A DNA stretch of 64,000 bases from an uncultured Dehalococcoidia bacterium (GCA_964558415.1 CAZLDI010000002.1:10712-74711); one strand, 5' to 3'. Counted from the first letter of the stretch, positions 38,626-48,884 are shown. Notes: generated from the sequence alone by a model not told the origin. Made by a program: numbers and translations.

Positions 38626-39496
38626 TGTAGCCGGCGCGCGTCGCCGCCTCCCGGAGGATTCGTCCTGTCATAATGCGCACAAGGTGTGTCCTGAACTCCG
38701 CCGAAGCCCTGACGTCGGAGATGGGGCGGGCCGACTGGGCGGCCGCCTCGGCCGCACGCTCGAACGCGCCGTCGGAAACCTCACGGCCTTCCAGTATCGC
38801 TTCAGCTTCCCGCGCCCGCACCGGCGTCGGCGCCACGGCGCCAAGCGCGATTCGCGCTTGCTTGATTTTTGCGTCGGCGATCGTAAGGACCGCCGCCACG
38901 CCAACGACCGCGATATCCATCTGTTTGCGCGGGGTGTGACGCCGGTACGCACTGCCCGTGCCTGCTGCTGGTGTCGGTACGATGACCTCCACGAGGATCT
39001 CCCCGGGCATCACGGCGGTTCGCCCGGGGCCCAGGAAGAACTCCTCGAGGGGCAGCGTGCGTCGACCGTTCGAGCCCGCGACAACCGCCTCGGCCCCGTA
39101 GGCGAGCAGTGGGGGCGCGATGTCTGCTGAGGGGGCCGCGTTGCACAGATTACCGCCCACGGTCGCCATGTTCATCGTCTGCAAGGAGCCGACGACGCCG
39201 GCCCCTTCGGCTATCGCGCGGATCCGCTCGTTGATCACTGGCGAGGCCGCCACTTCCGCCATCGTGACGCCCGCGCCGATACGAAGTCCGCCGGATTCGC
39301 TGAACTCTATGCCCTGCAGTTCCGGTACGCGCAGCAGGCTGACGATGCAAGAGGGCGAGGGGAATCGGGTCGCACCCTCCTTCATCTGGACCACCAGGTC
39401 TGTTCCGCCCGCCAGAGGGCGCGCGCCACTGTACCTGCTTAGGAGGCCGATCACCTCGTTCAAGCTGTCTGGGGCGTGGTACTCGAATGCGCGCAC
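38618..39496 (-). CDS. XDH-family FAD-binding subunit (CoxM-like)
   Basis: LAGGTDL, ATVGGNLCNAAPSAD, PISDVRASAEFR. Confidence 0.95.
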   Translation of the reverse strand: MRAFEYHAPDSLNEVIGLLSRYSGARPLAGGTDLVVQMKEGATRFPSPSCIVSLLRVPELQGIEFSESGGLRIGAGVTMAEVAASPVINERIRAIAEGAGVVGSLQTMNMATVGGNLCNAAPSADIAPPLLAYGAEAVVAGSNGRRTLPLEEFFLGPGRTAVMPGEILVEVIVPTPAAGTGSAYRRHTPRKQMDIAVVGVAAVLTIADAKIKQARIALGAVAPTPVRAREAEAILEGREVSDGAFERAAEAAAQSARPISDVRASAEFRTHLVRIMTGRILREAATRAGYSG

Positions 39497-39574
39497 TTAA
39501 CCGTCCTTTACGAATGCGTCCCTCATTCTATCCGAGTGGGCGCAAGGGCTACAATACGGGACGGCTTCGAGATT

Positions 39575-40033
39575 CTAGTCTTTAAGACCGAGCGCGCGGA
39601 ATACCGCCTCATATTGCGCCGGGTTGCCGGGCTGGAACCAGCGCTCCGCGTAGGCGATCCGGCCGCCGCGCTCGATCACGAATACCGCGCGGCGCGAGCG
39701 CTTGCCGCTTTCATCCACGACGTCAAACGCCTGCGCTGCCTCGAGCGCTTCATCGCTCGCGAGCGGATAAGGGACGCCGCCGAGCCGCTCTGCGAAGGCG
39801 CGATGCGACTCGATGCTGTCGGCGCTGAGGGCGACCACCTCAGCGCCCAGTTCGCGGACGAATTCGTAGTCGTCGCGGAACGCCGCCAGTTCAGTCGAGC
39901 AGAGAGGGGTGGCGTCCTCGCAATAGAACGCCAACACGGCCTTCTTGTCCTTCGTGAGGGTGAGGAGTCGCAGTTGTCCATGCGTGCTTGGCAGCGAGAT
40001 GTCCGGCGCGCGGTCTCCGACCTCAGGCGTCAC
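39575..40033 (-). CDS. Peroxiredoxin (BCP/AhpC-TSA family)
   Basis: VGD.APD, FY...ATPLCSTE, SADS..SH..F, RAVFVI. Confidence 0.88.
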   Translation of the reverse strand: MTPEVGDRAPDISLPSTHGQLRLLTLTKDKKAVLAFYCEDATPLCSTELAAFRDDYEFVRELGAEVVALSADSIESHRAFAERLGGVPYPLASDEALEAAQAFDVVDESGKRSRRAVFVIERGGRIAYAERWFQPGNPAQYEAVFRALGLKD

Positions 40034-41183
40034 GCAGCGCTCCCGTCAGCCCGCGCAGCTCTCTGCGCTCGATGCTCTTCGACTGGATTAAGACCTTGAT
40101 CCGCCCCAGGCCCGCGGGATCCAGTAGCTCCGTCACAGCGCGCCGGCGGGCGTAGTGCTCCTCCATATTCGTTGCCCCCCCTCGCAAGGCGATCCCTTCC
40201 AACATGCCGAGATTAACGAGAAACTCCGACTGAGTCTTGAGACCGATGGTGGTCAGCCCCGCTTCCTCCGCGATGTGGCGTAGGGTCGTGAAGTCCACGT
40301 GGCTGGTCATGTCCTGGTGGCCGATGCGCGCGTAGGGGTCAGCGCTCGGATTGTGACGGTAGAAGCAGAGCAGAGTGCCGTCTGTCCGCCACGGTGCGAA
40401 TAGCTCAGAGGCCTCATAGCCATAATCGAAGGTGACGAGGAATCCCCGGCGCAGGGACTGAGCCGCGGATTCCATCCACCTCGCCGCCTCCAGGTTCGCC
40501 TCCGCCAGGCAGCCATCACCGGGGAGCAGACTCAGAGCCTCGAAGTAGGCCGCAATTCCGGGGGTGGACGGCGGCCTGAGTTCTTCCCTGAATTGCCCAT
40601 CTCCCCAGGTCACGAACACCTCCCGCAGCACGCCCGCTTCCACGGCGACGCGGTGCACCGGCATACTGTCAAGTAGCTCGTTGGTGAGGATGCAACCATC
40701 GATATCGGCAGGCAGTTCAGCCGCCCAGCGGGCGCGCCCGGAGACGCCCGCGGCTTCAACAGCCTCTCTCTGCACTTGCAGAAGCCGGCGGCTGCGCTCA
40801 ACGATCACGTAGCTCACGCTTTCGTACAGATCTGGTTGGTTGCGCTGCGTCCAGCGCAGCAGATCGCAACACAAGGTGCCATTGCCCGCGCCTGCTTCGA
40901 CAACTTCGAAGCGGTCCGGGCTGCCCATGAGCTGCCACATCTCTCGGATCTGACGACCAATCATGGCGCCGAACAGGGGGCTTGTCTCGGGGCTGGTGAC
41001 GTAGTCTCCGGCGCGCCCGATCCTGGGCCGTGCGGAGTTGTAGTACCCAAGAAGCGGGTGGTACAGCGCCATCTCCATGAAGTCCCGGAAAGTCACGCCG
41101 CCCTCTGACCGAATGCGTGCGACGATCGCATCTTTGAGCGCGACATTCTCAGTGGTGCTTTCGAACTCCTCGACCATCGTCAT
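40023..41183 (-). CDS. MidA/NDUFAF7-family SAM-dependent methyltransferase
   Basis: F.DFM.MALYHP..GYY, GDYVTSPE, VEAGAGNG, NELLDSMPV, FDYG, QDMTSHVDF. Confidence 0.92.
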   Translation of the reverse strand: MTMVEEFESTTENVALKDAIVARIRSEGGVTFRDFMEMALYHPLLGYYNSARPRIGRAGDYVTSPETSPLFGAMIGRQIREMWQLMGSPDRFEVVEAGAGNGTLCCDLLRWTQRNQPDLYESVSYVIVERSRRLLQVQREAVEAAGVSGRARWAAELPADIDGCILTNELLDSMPVHRVAVEAGVLREVFVTWGDGQFREELRPPSTPGIAAYFEALSLLPGDGCLAEANLEAARWMESAAQSLRRGFLVTFDYGYEASELFAPWRTDGTLLCFYRHNPSADPYARIGHQDMTSHVDFTTLRHIAEEAGLTTIGLKTQSEFLVNLGMLEGIALRGGATNMEEHYARRRAVTELLDPAGLGRIKVLIQSKSIERRELRGLTGALRDA

Positions 41184-41276
41184 GCTGCCCGAGCGCACCC
41201 ATCCTACCATTCGTTGCGCCGTCCGTTCCCCGCTGGTAAACTATTGCAAGCGCCACAAAAATTGGCCTCACAGCAA

Positions 41277-41756
41277 ATGACTCCAGGCAGCTATCAGGAC
41301 GACGCACTCTTTGAAGAGGCGTTTCAGTTATTCGGCCGGCTCGTGGCCCGCTCGGACCCTGGCCGCTTCGACACGTGGGCGGAGCTTGGTCTCACGATCA
41401 CCCAGCTGCGTGTTCTGTTCCACCTGCGGGCTCACGATGGTCTTTCTGCGGGCGCACTTGCCGAACGGATAGACGTCACACCATCTACTCTCACGCGAAT
41501 CATGGACCGGCTGGTGCAGGCGAGCCTGATAAGGCGTGAGCCTGACCCGGAAGACCGCCGCCTGGTCCGGCACGGACTCACGGAGCGTGGTCTGCTTGCC
41601 ATAGAGCAGATGGAACGCGCATTCCGAAGCCGCATGAGCAGCATTTACGCGCACCTGAGTCGTAAGCAGCTGGAGCGAATCGTCTGCGCCCTGCGCGATC
41701 TGACATCGGCGTCCGACGTGGTCGATGCCGGTGAAGGCGCCAGGATACCGGCCTGA
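41277..41756 (+). CDS. MarR-family transcriptional regulator
   Basis: LTITQLRVL, STLTRIMDRL...LIRR.PDPEDRR. Confidence 0.92.
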   Translation: MTPGSYQDDALFEEAFQLFGRLVARSDPGRFDTWAELGLTITQLRVLFHLRAHDGLSAGALAERIDVTPSTLTRIMDRLVQASLIRREPDPEDRRLVRHGLTERGLLAIEQMERAFRSRMSSIYAHLSRKQLERIVCALRDLTSASDVVDAGEGARIPA

Positions 41757-41757
41757 C

Positions 41758-43473
41758 ATGACCGCAACCGCCCCACCGCGCGCGGCGCCGGCCGACGAGA
41801 TGAGCGGGCGCACTAAGGCCATTATTATGGCCGGGACGATGCTCGGCATGTTTACGGCGGCGATGGACCAGACGGTCGTCGGCACCTCGATGCCTCGCAT
41901 AATCGCAGACCTGGGAGGCTTCGGGTTGTTCAGTTGGGTCGGCACCGGCTTCATGCTTGCTTCGACCGCCACGGTGCCGATAGTCGGTAAGCTCACGGAT
42001 ATCTACGGACGGAAGCCCTTCTACATGGGCGGAATCTTTCTCCTGATTGTCGGTTCGGCACTTTGCGGCTCGTCCCAGAACGTAGAGCAATTGATCGCCT
42101 TCCGCGTAGTACAGGGCCTTGGCGCGGGAATGATCATGGGAATCGCGTTCGCAGTGCTGGGCGATGTGTTCGCTCCGGCGGAGCGCGGACGCTGGGCCGG
42201 AATGTTGTCCGCCGTCTTCGCCTCTGCCAGCGTGCTTGGTCCGCTGATCGGAGGCACGTTAACGGACCACGTACACTGGCGCTGGGTGTTCTACGTCAAT
42301 CTGCCGTTGGGGGCGATCGCCCTCACCGTTATCGGCCTCGGCATGCCTCGGATCAGGCCCGCCCAGGGTTCACGCCTGGACTGCCGTGGTATCGTCCTGC
42401 TGCTTGCCACCGTTGTTCCGATGCTCTTGGCGTTGTCCTGGGCCGGAAGCCGCTACGAGTGGGTGTCTCCGCAGGTGATTGGCCTCCTCTCTTGGGCCGC
42501 CGCCGGCCTGATCGTCTTTGCGTATGCGGAGTTGCGCACGGAGGAGCCACTCTTCCCGATTTCGCTTTTCGGGAATCGCGTGTTCGCCGTATCAGCGCTC
42601 GTGACGCTTATCAGCGGCGTCGCGATGATGGGCAGCTTTTTCTACCTGCCGCTGTTTGTCCAGGGGGTGATCGGCGCATCGGCCACGAACTCCGGCCTTG
42701 TCACCATGCCGATGATGATCGCGATGGCGATATCCAGCGCCATCGCGGGACAGGTCATGTCGCGTCTTGGATACTATCGCGTCCTGGGGTTTACGGGGCT
42801 GGCGATCATGACCGGAGGAGCGATCATTCTCAGTGGCCTCGACGTCCGCTCGACGCGGAGCGACGCGACGGTGGCGATGATCGTCTTCGGACTGGGGCTA
42901 GGGATGTCGATGCCCCTGTACATGCTTGCGGTGCAGAACGCGGTCCCCTATCGCGTTATGGGCGTCGCCACGTCGTCAATACAGTTCCTGCGCTCCGTCG
43001 GCGGCACTATGGGCGTGGCGATCATGTTCTCGATCATCCAGGGTCAGTACAGCTCAGGACTGAGTGCCATCGTCCCGCCGCAAGTGCAGGCTCAGCCGGA
43101 ACTGCGCGCCGCGTTGGACGACCCCCAGTTCCTCCTCAACACGCAGGCTTTCGCGCGGGAGCGATCGGCCTTCGAAGCCTTCGGCGCGCAAGGGCCGGCG
43201 CTTTTCGAGCAGACTGTGCAGGCCGTGCGCGAATCGCTCGCGAACGCCATTTCGGAAGCGTTCTTCGTTTCCATTTTCGTCCTCGCAGCCGCCGTTGTGA
43301 TCGCCGTGTTCATGAAAGAGATCCCGCTTCGTAAGACGCACCTACCATCCGATGAGGCGTCCGCTCTCGCCACGGAGGAGTTGAGTGTGGGGTTCCCGGG
43401 TCCGGCCCCGTCGCTCCCACCTATCGCAGGAGGTGCGAACGGTTCGCCTCCCGTGGAGTCCGCCGAGAGTTGA
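41758..43473 (+). CDS. MFS drug efflux transporter (DHA2, EmrB/QacA-like)
   Basis: MDQTVV, GKLTDIYGRK, GPLIGG, WRWVFYVNLP; many TM helices. Confidence 0.92.
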   Translation: MTATAPPRAAPADEMSGRTKAIIMAGTMLGMFTAAMDQTVVGTSMPRIIADLGGFGLFSWVGTGFMLASTATVPIVGKLTDIYGRKPFYMGGIFLLIVGSALCGSSQNVEQLIAFRVVQGLGAGMIMGIAFAVLGDVFAPAERGRWAGMLSAVFASASVLGPLIGGTLTDHVHWRWVFYVNLPLGAIALTVIGLGMPRIRPAQGSRLDCRGIVLLLATVVPMLLALSWAGSRYEWVSPQVIGLLSWAAAGLIVFAYAELRTEEPLFPISLFGNRVFAVSALVTLISGVAMMGSFFYLPLFVQGVIGASATNSGLVTMPMMIAMAISSAIAGQVMSRLGYYRVLGFTGLAIMTGGAIILSGLDVRSTRSDATVAMIVFGLGLGMSMPLYMLAVQNAVPYRVMGVATSSIQFLRSVGGTMGVAIMFSIIQGQYSSGLSAIVPPQVQAQPELRAALDDPQFLLNTQAFARERSAFEAFGAQGPALFEQTVQAVRESLANAISEAFFVSIFVLAAAVVIAVFMKEIPLRKTHLPSDEASALATEELSVGFPGPAPSLPPIAGGANGSPPVESAES

Positions 43474-43616
43474 TACCTCTTCGCGCCCTTGTCCTCTCCC
43501 GTTCGCGCTAATATCATCCTCCTCGTCAACCTCATCAGTCGCGGGAAGGATTTCGCAACCATGTCGCGCCGAGCCTGTCTGTTCCCAGTTGCCTTCTGTC
43601 GAATCAAATCGCAACC

Positions 43617-44468
43617 GTGAGGTCGCGGCTACGGCTCCGGGTGGCATTGGCCGCAGGTCCGCTCGCCGTTGCGATAATTGCATCCTGTGGCGGGAGCGGT
43701 GGAAGCGATCTACTGCTCGGTGCCACCACGAGTCTTCAGGACACAGGCCTCCTCGAAGAGATCATACAAGCGTTCGAGGAGCAGACCGGCTATAAAATTA
43801 CGCCAATTGTGGGCGGTTCAGCACAGATTCTCGAAACGGCGCGTCGTGGCGAGCTGGATGTGGTCATTACGCACTCGCCGGACGATGAAGCCGGGTTTGT
43901 ATCGGATGGTCACGGCATCGACAGCCGGGCGGTTATGAAAAACTACTTTGCCACCGTGGGACCACCCGATGATCCAGCCGGGGCGGCGGAGGCCGCGACT
44001 CTGGCGGAAGCGTTCCAGCGCATCGCCTCCCGGCAGGCAGTCTTCGTTAGCCGCGGGGATCGGTCAGGGACGCACCTACGGGAGTTGGCTGTCTGGGAGG
44101 CGGCGGGCATTCAGCCGGCGGGAGAGTCCTGGTACCAGGAATCCGGGTCCGGTCAGGGGCAAAGTCTGCTGGTGGCCAGCGAGAAGCGCGGATACACCCT
44201 CGTCGATACATCAACCGTGGCGGTTTTCCAGACGAGGGTTGATCTCGCGACCTTCCTGATCGATTTCGAGAGTCCCAACGTGTACTCCGTCACACGGGTC
44301 AACCCGGCCATGCACGATGCCGTGAACTCAGCCGTCGCCCTCGCCTTCTCGCAGTTCATCACGTCGATCGCCGGGCAATGCATCATCGAGCAGTTTGGCA
44401 TGGAGGAGTACGGTCAGAGCCTGTTTACGCCGCTGGGCGAATGCACCAGCGCCAAAACGGGTGGATAG
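43617..44468 (+). CDS. tupA: Tungstate ABC transporter substrate-binding lipoprotein
   Basis: Lipobox IASC; ATTS..DTGLL TupA signature; FVSRGDRSGTH. Confidence 0.9.
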   Translation: MRSRLRLRVALAAGPLAVAIIASCGGSGGSDLLLGATTSLQDTGLLEEIIQAFEEQTGYKITPIVGGSAQILETARRGELDVVITHSPDDEAGFVSDGHGIDSRAVMKNYFATVGPPDDPAGAAEAATLAEAFQRIASRQAVFVSRGDRSGTHLRELAVWEAAGIQPAGESWYQESGSGQGQSLLVASEKRGYTLVDTSTVAVFQTRVDLATFLIDFESPNVYSVTRVNPAMHDAVNSAVALAFSQFITSIAGQCIIEQFGMEEYGQSLFTPLGECTSAKTGG

Positions 44469-44486
44469 TGCGAGCGGGCCAGCCTC

Positions 44487-45185
44487 ATGGACCTGATATT
44501 CGATGGCGTCACCGAAGCGCTGGCCCTGATATTCCGTGGGGACGGTTACGTCTATGAAGTAACGCTCACGTCGCTGGCTGTGTCCGGGGCCGCCACCCTC
44601 ATCGCCGTTGTGTTTGGTCTGGCGATCGCTTCCCTTATAGCATTTCGCGCGGCGCCCGGTCGCACAATCGTGATCAGCGCGTTTAACGCGGGGATGGCGC
44701 TTCCGCCAGTCGCGGTTGGCCTGCTGGTCGCGATCATGCTCTGGCGCACCGGTCCGTTCGGACAGCTCCGCCTCCTGTACAGCCCGTCGGCGATTGTGAT
44801 CGCGCAATCGGTGATCGCCACTCCGGTCGTGGCGGCCCTGAGTGTCGCCGCGCTTCAGAGTCTGAACCCGCGCCTCCGGCTGCAAGTGCTGGCGTTGGGG
44901 GCATCCAGGATACAGGCGGCCGTGCTTCTCTTTCGAGAGGCGCGTCTATCGTTACTGGCCGCTGCGATGGCTGGCTTTGGCGCCGCGATCTCCGAGGTCG
45001 GCGCCACGATGATGGTCGGCGGTAATATCAAGGGCTCAACGCGAACGTTAACTTCAGCCATCGTACTCGAGGTCCAGCAGGGCGACTTCGAGACCGCGAT
45101 CGCCCTGTCGTTCATTCTCCTGGCGGTGATCTTTGTCGTGGTTGCCGCGTTCACCATCGTTCAGCAGCGGAGGCCGTCTTCATGA
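44487..45185 (+). CDS. tupB: Tungstate ABC transporter permease
   Basis: LPPVAVGL, GFGAAISEVGA.MMVGGNI...TRTLT.AI.LE. Confidence 0.92.
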   Translation: MDLIFDGVTEALALIFRGDGYVYEVTLTSLAVSGAATLIAVVFGLAIASLIAFRAAPGRTIVISAFNAGMALPPVAVGLLVAIMLWRTGPFGQLRLLYSPSAIVIAQSVIATPVVAALSVAALQSLNPRLRLQVLALGASRIQAAVLLFREARLSLLAAAMAGFGAAISEVGATMMVGGNIKGSTRTLTSAIVLEVQQGDFETAIALSFILLAVIFVVVAAFTIVQQRRPSS

Positions 45186-46264
45186 CCGCGCCGGTGGCGG
45201 AGCTTCGCAGTGTCCAGGTGAAGCGCGGCTCCAGGATCATCCTGCGAGTCGAGCACCTTACGGTGAGTGCGGGCGAGGTTCTCGCTGTCGTCGGACCCAA
45301 CGGCGCGGGGAAGAGCACCCTCATCCACCTGCTGGCCCTGCTCGACCGTCCCCTTCATGGCCAGGTCCTGTTTCATGGCTCACCGGTCGCGGGCAATGGA
45401 TTGGACTCCCGGCGGCGAATGGCCGTCGTGTTCCAGGAGCCTCTGTTGCTGGACACGAGCGTCGAGTCCAACGTGCGTAGCGGCCTGGCCCTTCGCGGCG
45501 TCCCGCGGGAAGAGCAGAAGCGGCGCGCCCGCGATTGGATGGAGCGATTCGGCATCGCCCACCTCGCCCGTCGCTCTGCGCACACCCTCTCCGGCGGAGA
45601 GGCCCAACGCACAAGCCTCGCCCGTGCGCTTGTTTTGCGACCGGACCTGCTCTTGCTGGACGAGCCGTTCGCCGCACTGGACCAGCCGACCCGCCAATCT
45701 CTGATCGATGACCTGGCAGTCGTTCTTTCCTCGACGGCGACAACGACGGTCGTTGTCACGCATGATCGGAGCGAGGCGCTTCGGCTTGGCAGCCGCGTGG
45801 CCGTGCTGATGGGCGGCGTGGTCAAGCAAGTGGGACTACCTGCGGATGTTTTCGCGTCCCCGGTGGACGAGGAGGCCGCGGCGTTCCTCGGAGTGGAGAC
45901 GATAGTTTCGGGCGTAGTCACGTCCAGCGATGATGGTCTCGCTACGGTGGATGTCTCGGGCCATGTCATCGAGTCTGCATCGGACATACAGCCGGGAGCG
46001 GCAGTTCATGTCTGCATTCGCCCCGAGGACGTGACGCTTAGTGCGGAAGACGAAATATCCGGCCAGACCAGCGCGCGCAATCACCTGCGCGCGGCCGTGC
46101 GCCGGATCGTGCCGTCCGGACCGTACATCCGTGTGGAACTGGAAGCGGGCTTTCCGCTGGTCTCGTTCATAACCCGTCGCTCGCTTGACGATCTTGCCCT
46201 GGCGCCGGGGCGAGAGGTGAGCGCCACCTTCAAGGCGACAGCGGTCCACCTGATTCGTCGCTAG
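45182..46264 (+). CDS. tupC: Tungstate ABC transporter ATPase with TOBE domains
   Basis: GPNGAGKST, LSGGE, LLLDEPF, SARN, FKATAVH. Confidence 0.88.
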   Translation: MTAPVAELRSVQVKRGSRIILRVEHLTVSAGEVLAVVGPNGAGKSTLIHLLALLDRPLHGQVLFHGSPVAGNGLDSRRRMAVVFQEPLLLDTSVESNVRSGLALRGVPREEQKRRARDWMERFGIAHLARRSAHTLSGGEAQRTSLARALVLRPDLLLLDEPFAALDQPTRQSLIDDLAVVLSSTATTTVVVTHDRSEALRLGSRVAVLMGGVVKQVGLPADVFASPVDEEAAAFLGVETIVSGVVTSSDDGLATVDVSGHVIESASDIQPGAAVHVCIRPEDVTLSAEDEISGQTSARNHLRAAVRRIVPSGPYIRVELEAGFPLVSFITRRSLDDLALAPGREVSATFKATAVHLIRR

Positions 46265-46986
46265 GGTCGGTCGCCCAGCGCCCCCAGCAGGGACAGGTCG
46301 TTGCTGGTGATCCCCTCGGCGCCGCGTTCGAGGAGTCGCTGCGCGCGCCGCTGGTTGTCCACGGTCCAGCAGTAGACATGTATGCCCCGCTCGGCCAGGA
46401 TCCGGGCGCGCTCTGTTGTGTACAGGCGATGGTACATGCAGACGCCGTGTATAACGTCGCCCTGTTCGAGTCTGCTCAAAAACCGTCTCCATTGGCGCGC
46501 GGATTCCATCGAATACCGCACCTCCAGCTCCGGCGCGGCCTTCCGCAAGCTGTCCAGGACCGGCCAGAACTGTCCACACACCGCCACCCATTGCGTTGCT
46601 CCGGCCTCGCGTATCTGGTGCGCAAGAGTAGTGGCGAACAGTCGAGCATCCTGGACGTCCGGCCAGCACTTGGTGTCCAGCAGCAACATCCGCTTGCCGG
46701 CCGTCAGCTGCAACGCCTCTCGCAGGCGCAACGAGTTCAAGTCCAAGCGGATGTAATAGCCGCGCCAGAGAGGCACGCTCAAGGAGGGAAGTGGATGCCC
46801 GGGCATCCGCCGGTCCACCAGCAAAGGTAGCGGGTTCAGCCGGTGATCATGCCTTACATAGATATCCCCGGCGTGGTACCAGACATCAGTCTCGATAACG
46901 TCTATTTCTGCGGCAAGCGCTGTGCGCAGGCCTTGCCGGGTGTTGCCGTACGCGTGCGCTATGCGAACTGCGGCGGGCGTGGTCAC
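46261..46986 (-). CDS. Glycerophosphodiester phosphodiesterase-like protein (divergent)
   Basis: IAH, IETDV, LLDTK, WTVDN, GITSN. Confidence 0.78.
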   Translation of the reverse strand: MTTPAAVRIAHAYGNTRQGLRTALAAEIDVIETDVWYHAGDIYVRHDHRLNPLPLLVDRRMPGHPLPSLSVPLWRGYYIRLDLNSLRLREALQLTAGKRMLLLDTKCWPDVQDARLFATTLAHQIREAGATQWVAVCGQFWPVLDSLRKAAPELEVRYSMESARQWRRFLSRLEQGDVIHGVCMYHRLYTTERARILAERGIHVYCWTVDNQRRAQRLLERGAEGITSNDLSLLGALGDRP

Positions 46987-47480
46987 TCCGGCGGCTTCGG
47001 CCGTTTTCGTGGGCGTTTTCCCGGCGTGAAGTCTGAAACTATGCGCTCGATCTGCTGCCGACGGTGTTCATAGTGTGCGGCGGACATTCCCAGTATCTGC
47101 CGCAGAGAATAGGTGCCATGTTCCGCATCCACCGCCTGCTTGTCCAGGTCCGCCGGCTGCAGGTCGTGGAGGAGGTTGCCGAACCGCCGCAGCGCCACCT
47201 GAAATGACATAGCTGCCTCCCGGAGCGACGCGAAGTCGGCGGTCTGCAGGCACGGCGGCTGGGGCAGGGCAAGCGAGCGTGCGATCAGCCGACCGTAGTA
47301 GAAGTTCAGTTCGTCGGTCGCTCGCTCGAGCACGCTCTTGATAGAGTCGCCGTCCGCCGTCTCGCGTGCGAACGCATCTGGATCGCAGGAACTGATGCGT
47401 TCGGATAGTCGGCCGCGCCCCTCCTCCAGAGCGCGCAATAGCTCATCGAGTTCCTCGGAGGTGGAGACGACCTCAGTCAT
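46983..47480 (-). CDS. DinB-like protein
   Basis: Helical pattern; C-terminal G.YSLRQIL...AAHYEHRRQQI. Confidence 0.6.
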   Translation of the reverse strand: MTEVVSTSEELDELLRALEEGRGRLSERISSCDPDAFARETADGDSIKSVLERATDELNFYYGRLIARSLALPQPPCLQTADFASLREAAMSFQVALRRFGNLLHDLQPADLDKQAVDAEHGTYSLRQILGMSAAHYEHRRQQIERIVSDFTPGKRPRKRPKPPE

Positions 47481-47895
47481 CGTCAGCAACCCGCTTCACG
47501 GGCAGCGGTTGCCGGCCCGAGAAACCAGCGTTCAACTCATGCCACCACTCTATCCGTTCCTCGCCGAGCTTCCAGCAGAGGTAGACCTCCGTTCCGCCTA
47601 TCACGGTCCGGAAGTCGATCAGGCCCTGCGCCACGTCCTTCAAATCGCAGCCGAGCGAATGAACGCGCTCAATGCGTTCCTTCATCTGGGACGCGATACG
47701 CTGCATCTCCAGGCGAATCTTGCCGGCCATCCCTTCCAGCCCGTGCCCGTTGGACTGAGTCTTCAGCCCAAGCTCAACCAGTTGACGCTGGAGTCTCTCG
47801 TGCTCAGTGTTGAGCGTCGTCAGCTCCCCAAGGATCGTGGTCAAGCGCGGGATCAGCTGGTCGGCCTGCTCGACGCTGAAGTGACGGGGCGGCAT
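47473..47895 (-). CDS. DUF2203 family protein
   Basis: FSVEQA..LIP, LKDV..GLIDF, VYLCWKLGE..I.WWH...GFSGRQP. Confidence 0.9.
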   Translation of the reverse strand: MPPRHFSVEQADQLIPRLTTILGELTTLNTEHERLQRQLVELGLKTQSNGHGLEGMAGKIRLEMQRIASQMKERIERVHSLGCDLKDVAQGLIDFRTVIGGTEVYLCWKLGEERIEWWHELNAGFSGRQPLPVKRVADDD

Positions 47896-47957
47896 CTCGT
47901 CCCCAATCCTACCGCAGCAGGGCTTGCAGTCAAATCGCCGCTGAGGGTCGAGAAGAC

Positions 47958-48779
47958 CTACTTGGCGGACAGAGGTGATCGAGCGTGTTCGCCCAGGAAC
48001 TGCAGCACCGCGCGGTTCACGTGATCGGCGCATTCGACGAGGAACCCGTGACCTGCCCCCTCGAACTCCACCAGTTTCGCGCCCTGAATATGCTCCGCCA
48101 GCAAATGCTGATTCTCGTTCGGCACTATCTTGTCGTGGGTGCCGCTGAGGACCAGCGTTGGCGCGCCTATTGCGCCAAGCCTATCGAACACGTTGAATCC
48201 TGTTACTGCCATAAACTGCCGAATCAGTGCGTGCTGCGGGGCTATCAGGTGGGCGTTGGCGAGGGCCCGTTCCACAAGCTGTGCCTTGTTTGCGTCAAGG
48301 AATCCATCGCTGTAGAGGAGACTCATCCCCTCTTCTATCTGCCTCTCCAGCGGAAGCGAGCGGACGGCTAAGAAGAACTGCGCAATCTCCGCACCAGCGA
48401 TGACTGCCTTCGGCCCGCCGGCCATTGTTCCGCCGAGGATTAGCTTCCGGACCCGCTCCGGGAACGCCAGCACGAACTCCTGCGCGATCATCCCGCCAAG
48501 CGACATCCCGAACACGTGCGCGGTGTCGAGGCCGAGCGCGTCCAGCACCCCGGCGGCGTCGCGCGCCATCTGCGGCATCGTGTACGGCTCGTTCGGCTTC
48601 TCGCTGCGGCCCGCACCCCGGTTGTCGAAGGCGATCACACGGTACTGCTCGCTCAGAGCGGGTATCTGACGCTCCCATGCCGTCACGTTGGCGCCCAGAC
48701 CCATGATCATCAGTAGCGGCTCGCCCGCGCCGTGCACTTCGTAGTAAATCTCGATCCCGTTGGACTTTAGCGTGGGCAT
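47958..48779 (-). CDS. Alpha/beta hydrolase
   Basis: FDNRGAGRS, GMSLGG, GAGH. Confidence 0.92.
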   Translation of the reverse strand: MPTLKSNGIEIYYEVHGAGEPLLMIMGLGANVTAWERQIPALSEQYRVIAFDNRGAGRSEKPNEPYTMPQMARDAAGVLDALGLDTAHVFGMSLGGMIAQEFVLAFPERVRKLILGGTMAGGPKAVIAGAEIAQFFLAVRSLPLERQIEEGMSLLYSDGFLDANKAQLVERALANAHLIAPQHALIRQFMAVTGFNVFDRLGAIGAPTLVLSGTHDKIVPNENQHLLAEHIQGAKLVEFEGAGHGFLVECADHVNRAVLQFLGEHARSPLSAK

Positions 48780-48884
48780 TTGGGCTCTCTCCCGATTGCG
48801 GTCATACGCGTATGTTCTGATGATTTGATGCTCAGCCGCTGCCGGGCGTTGCCATTTGCCGCAAAGCGCCAACCCCGTCGCGCC

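Noticed and set aside
35536-39496. Aerobic CO dehydrogenase (coxMSL)
   Set aside because: The large subunit lacks the AYxCSFR active-site motif
41240-41280. MarR operator (TTGC...GCAA-like)
   Set aside because: Plausible, but too degenerate to support from sequence alone
43474-43616. Moco/Wco riboswitch upstream of tupA
   Set aside because: I could not see the conserved motif elements; an Rfam scan would be needed
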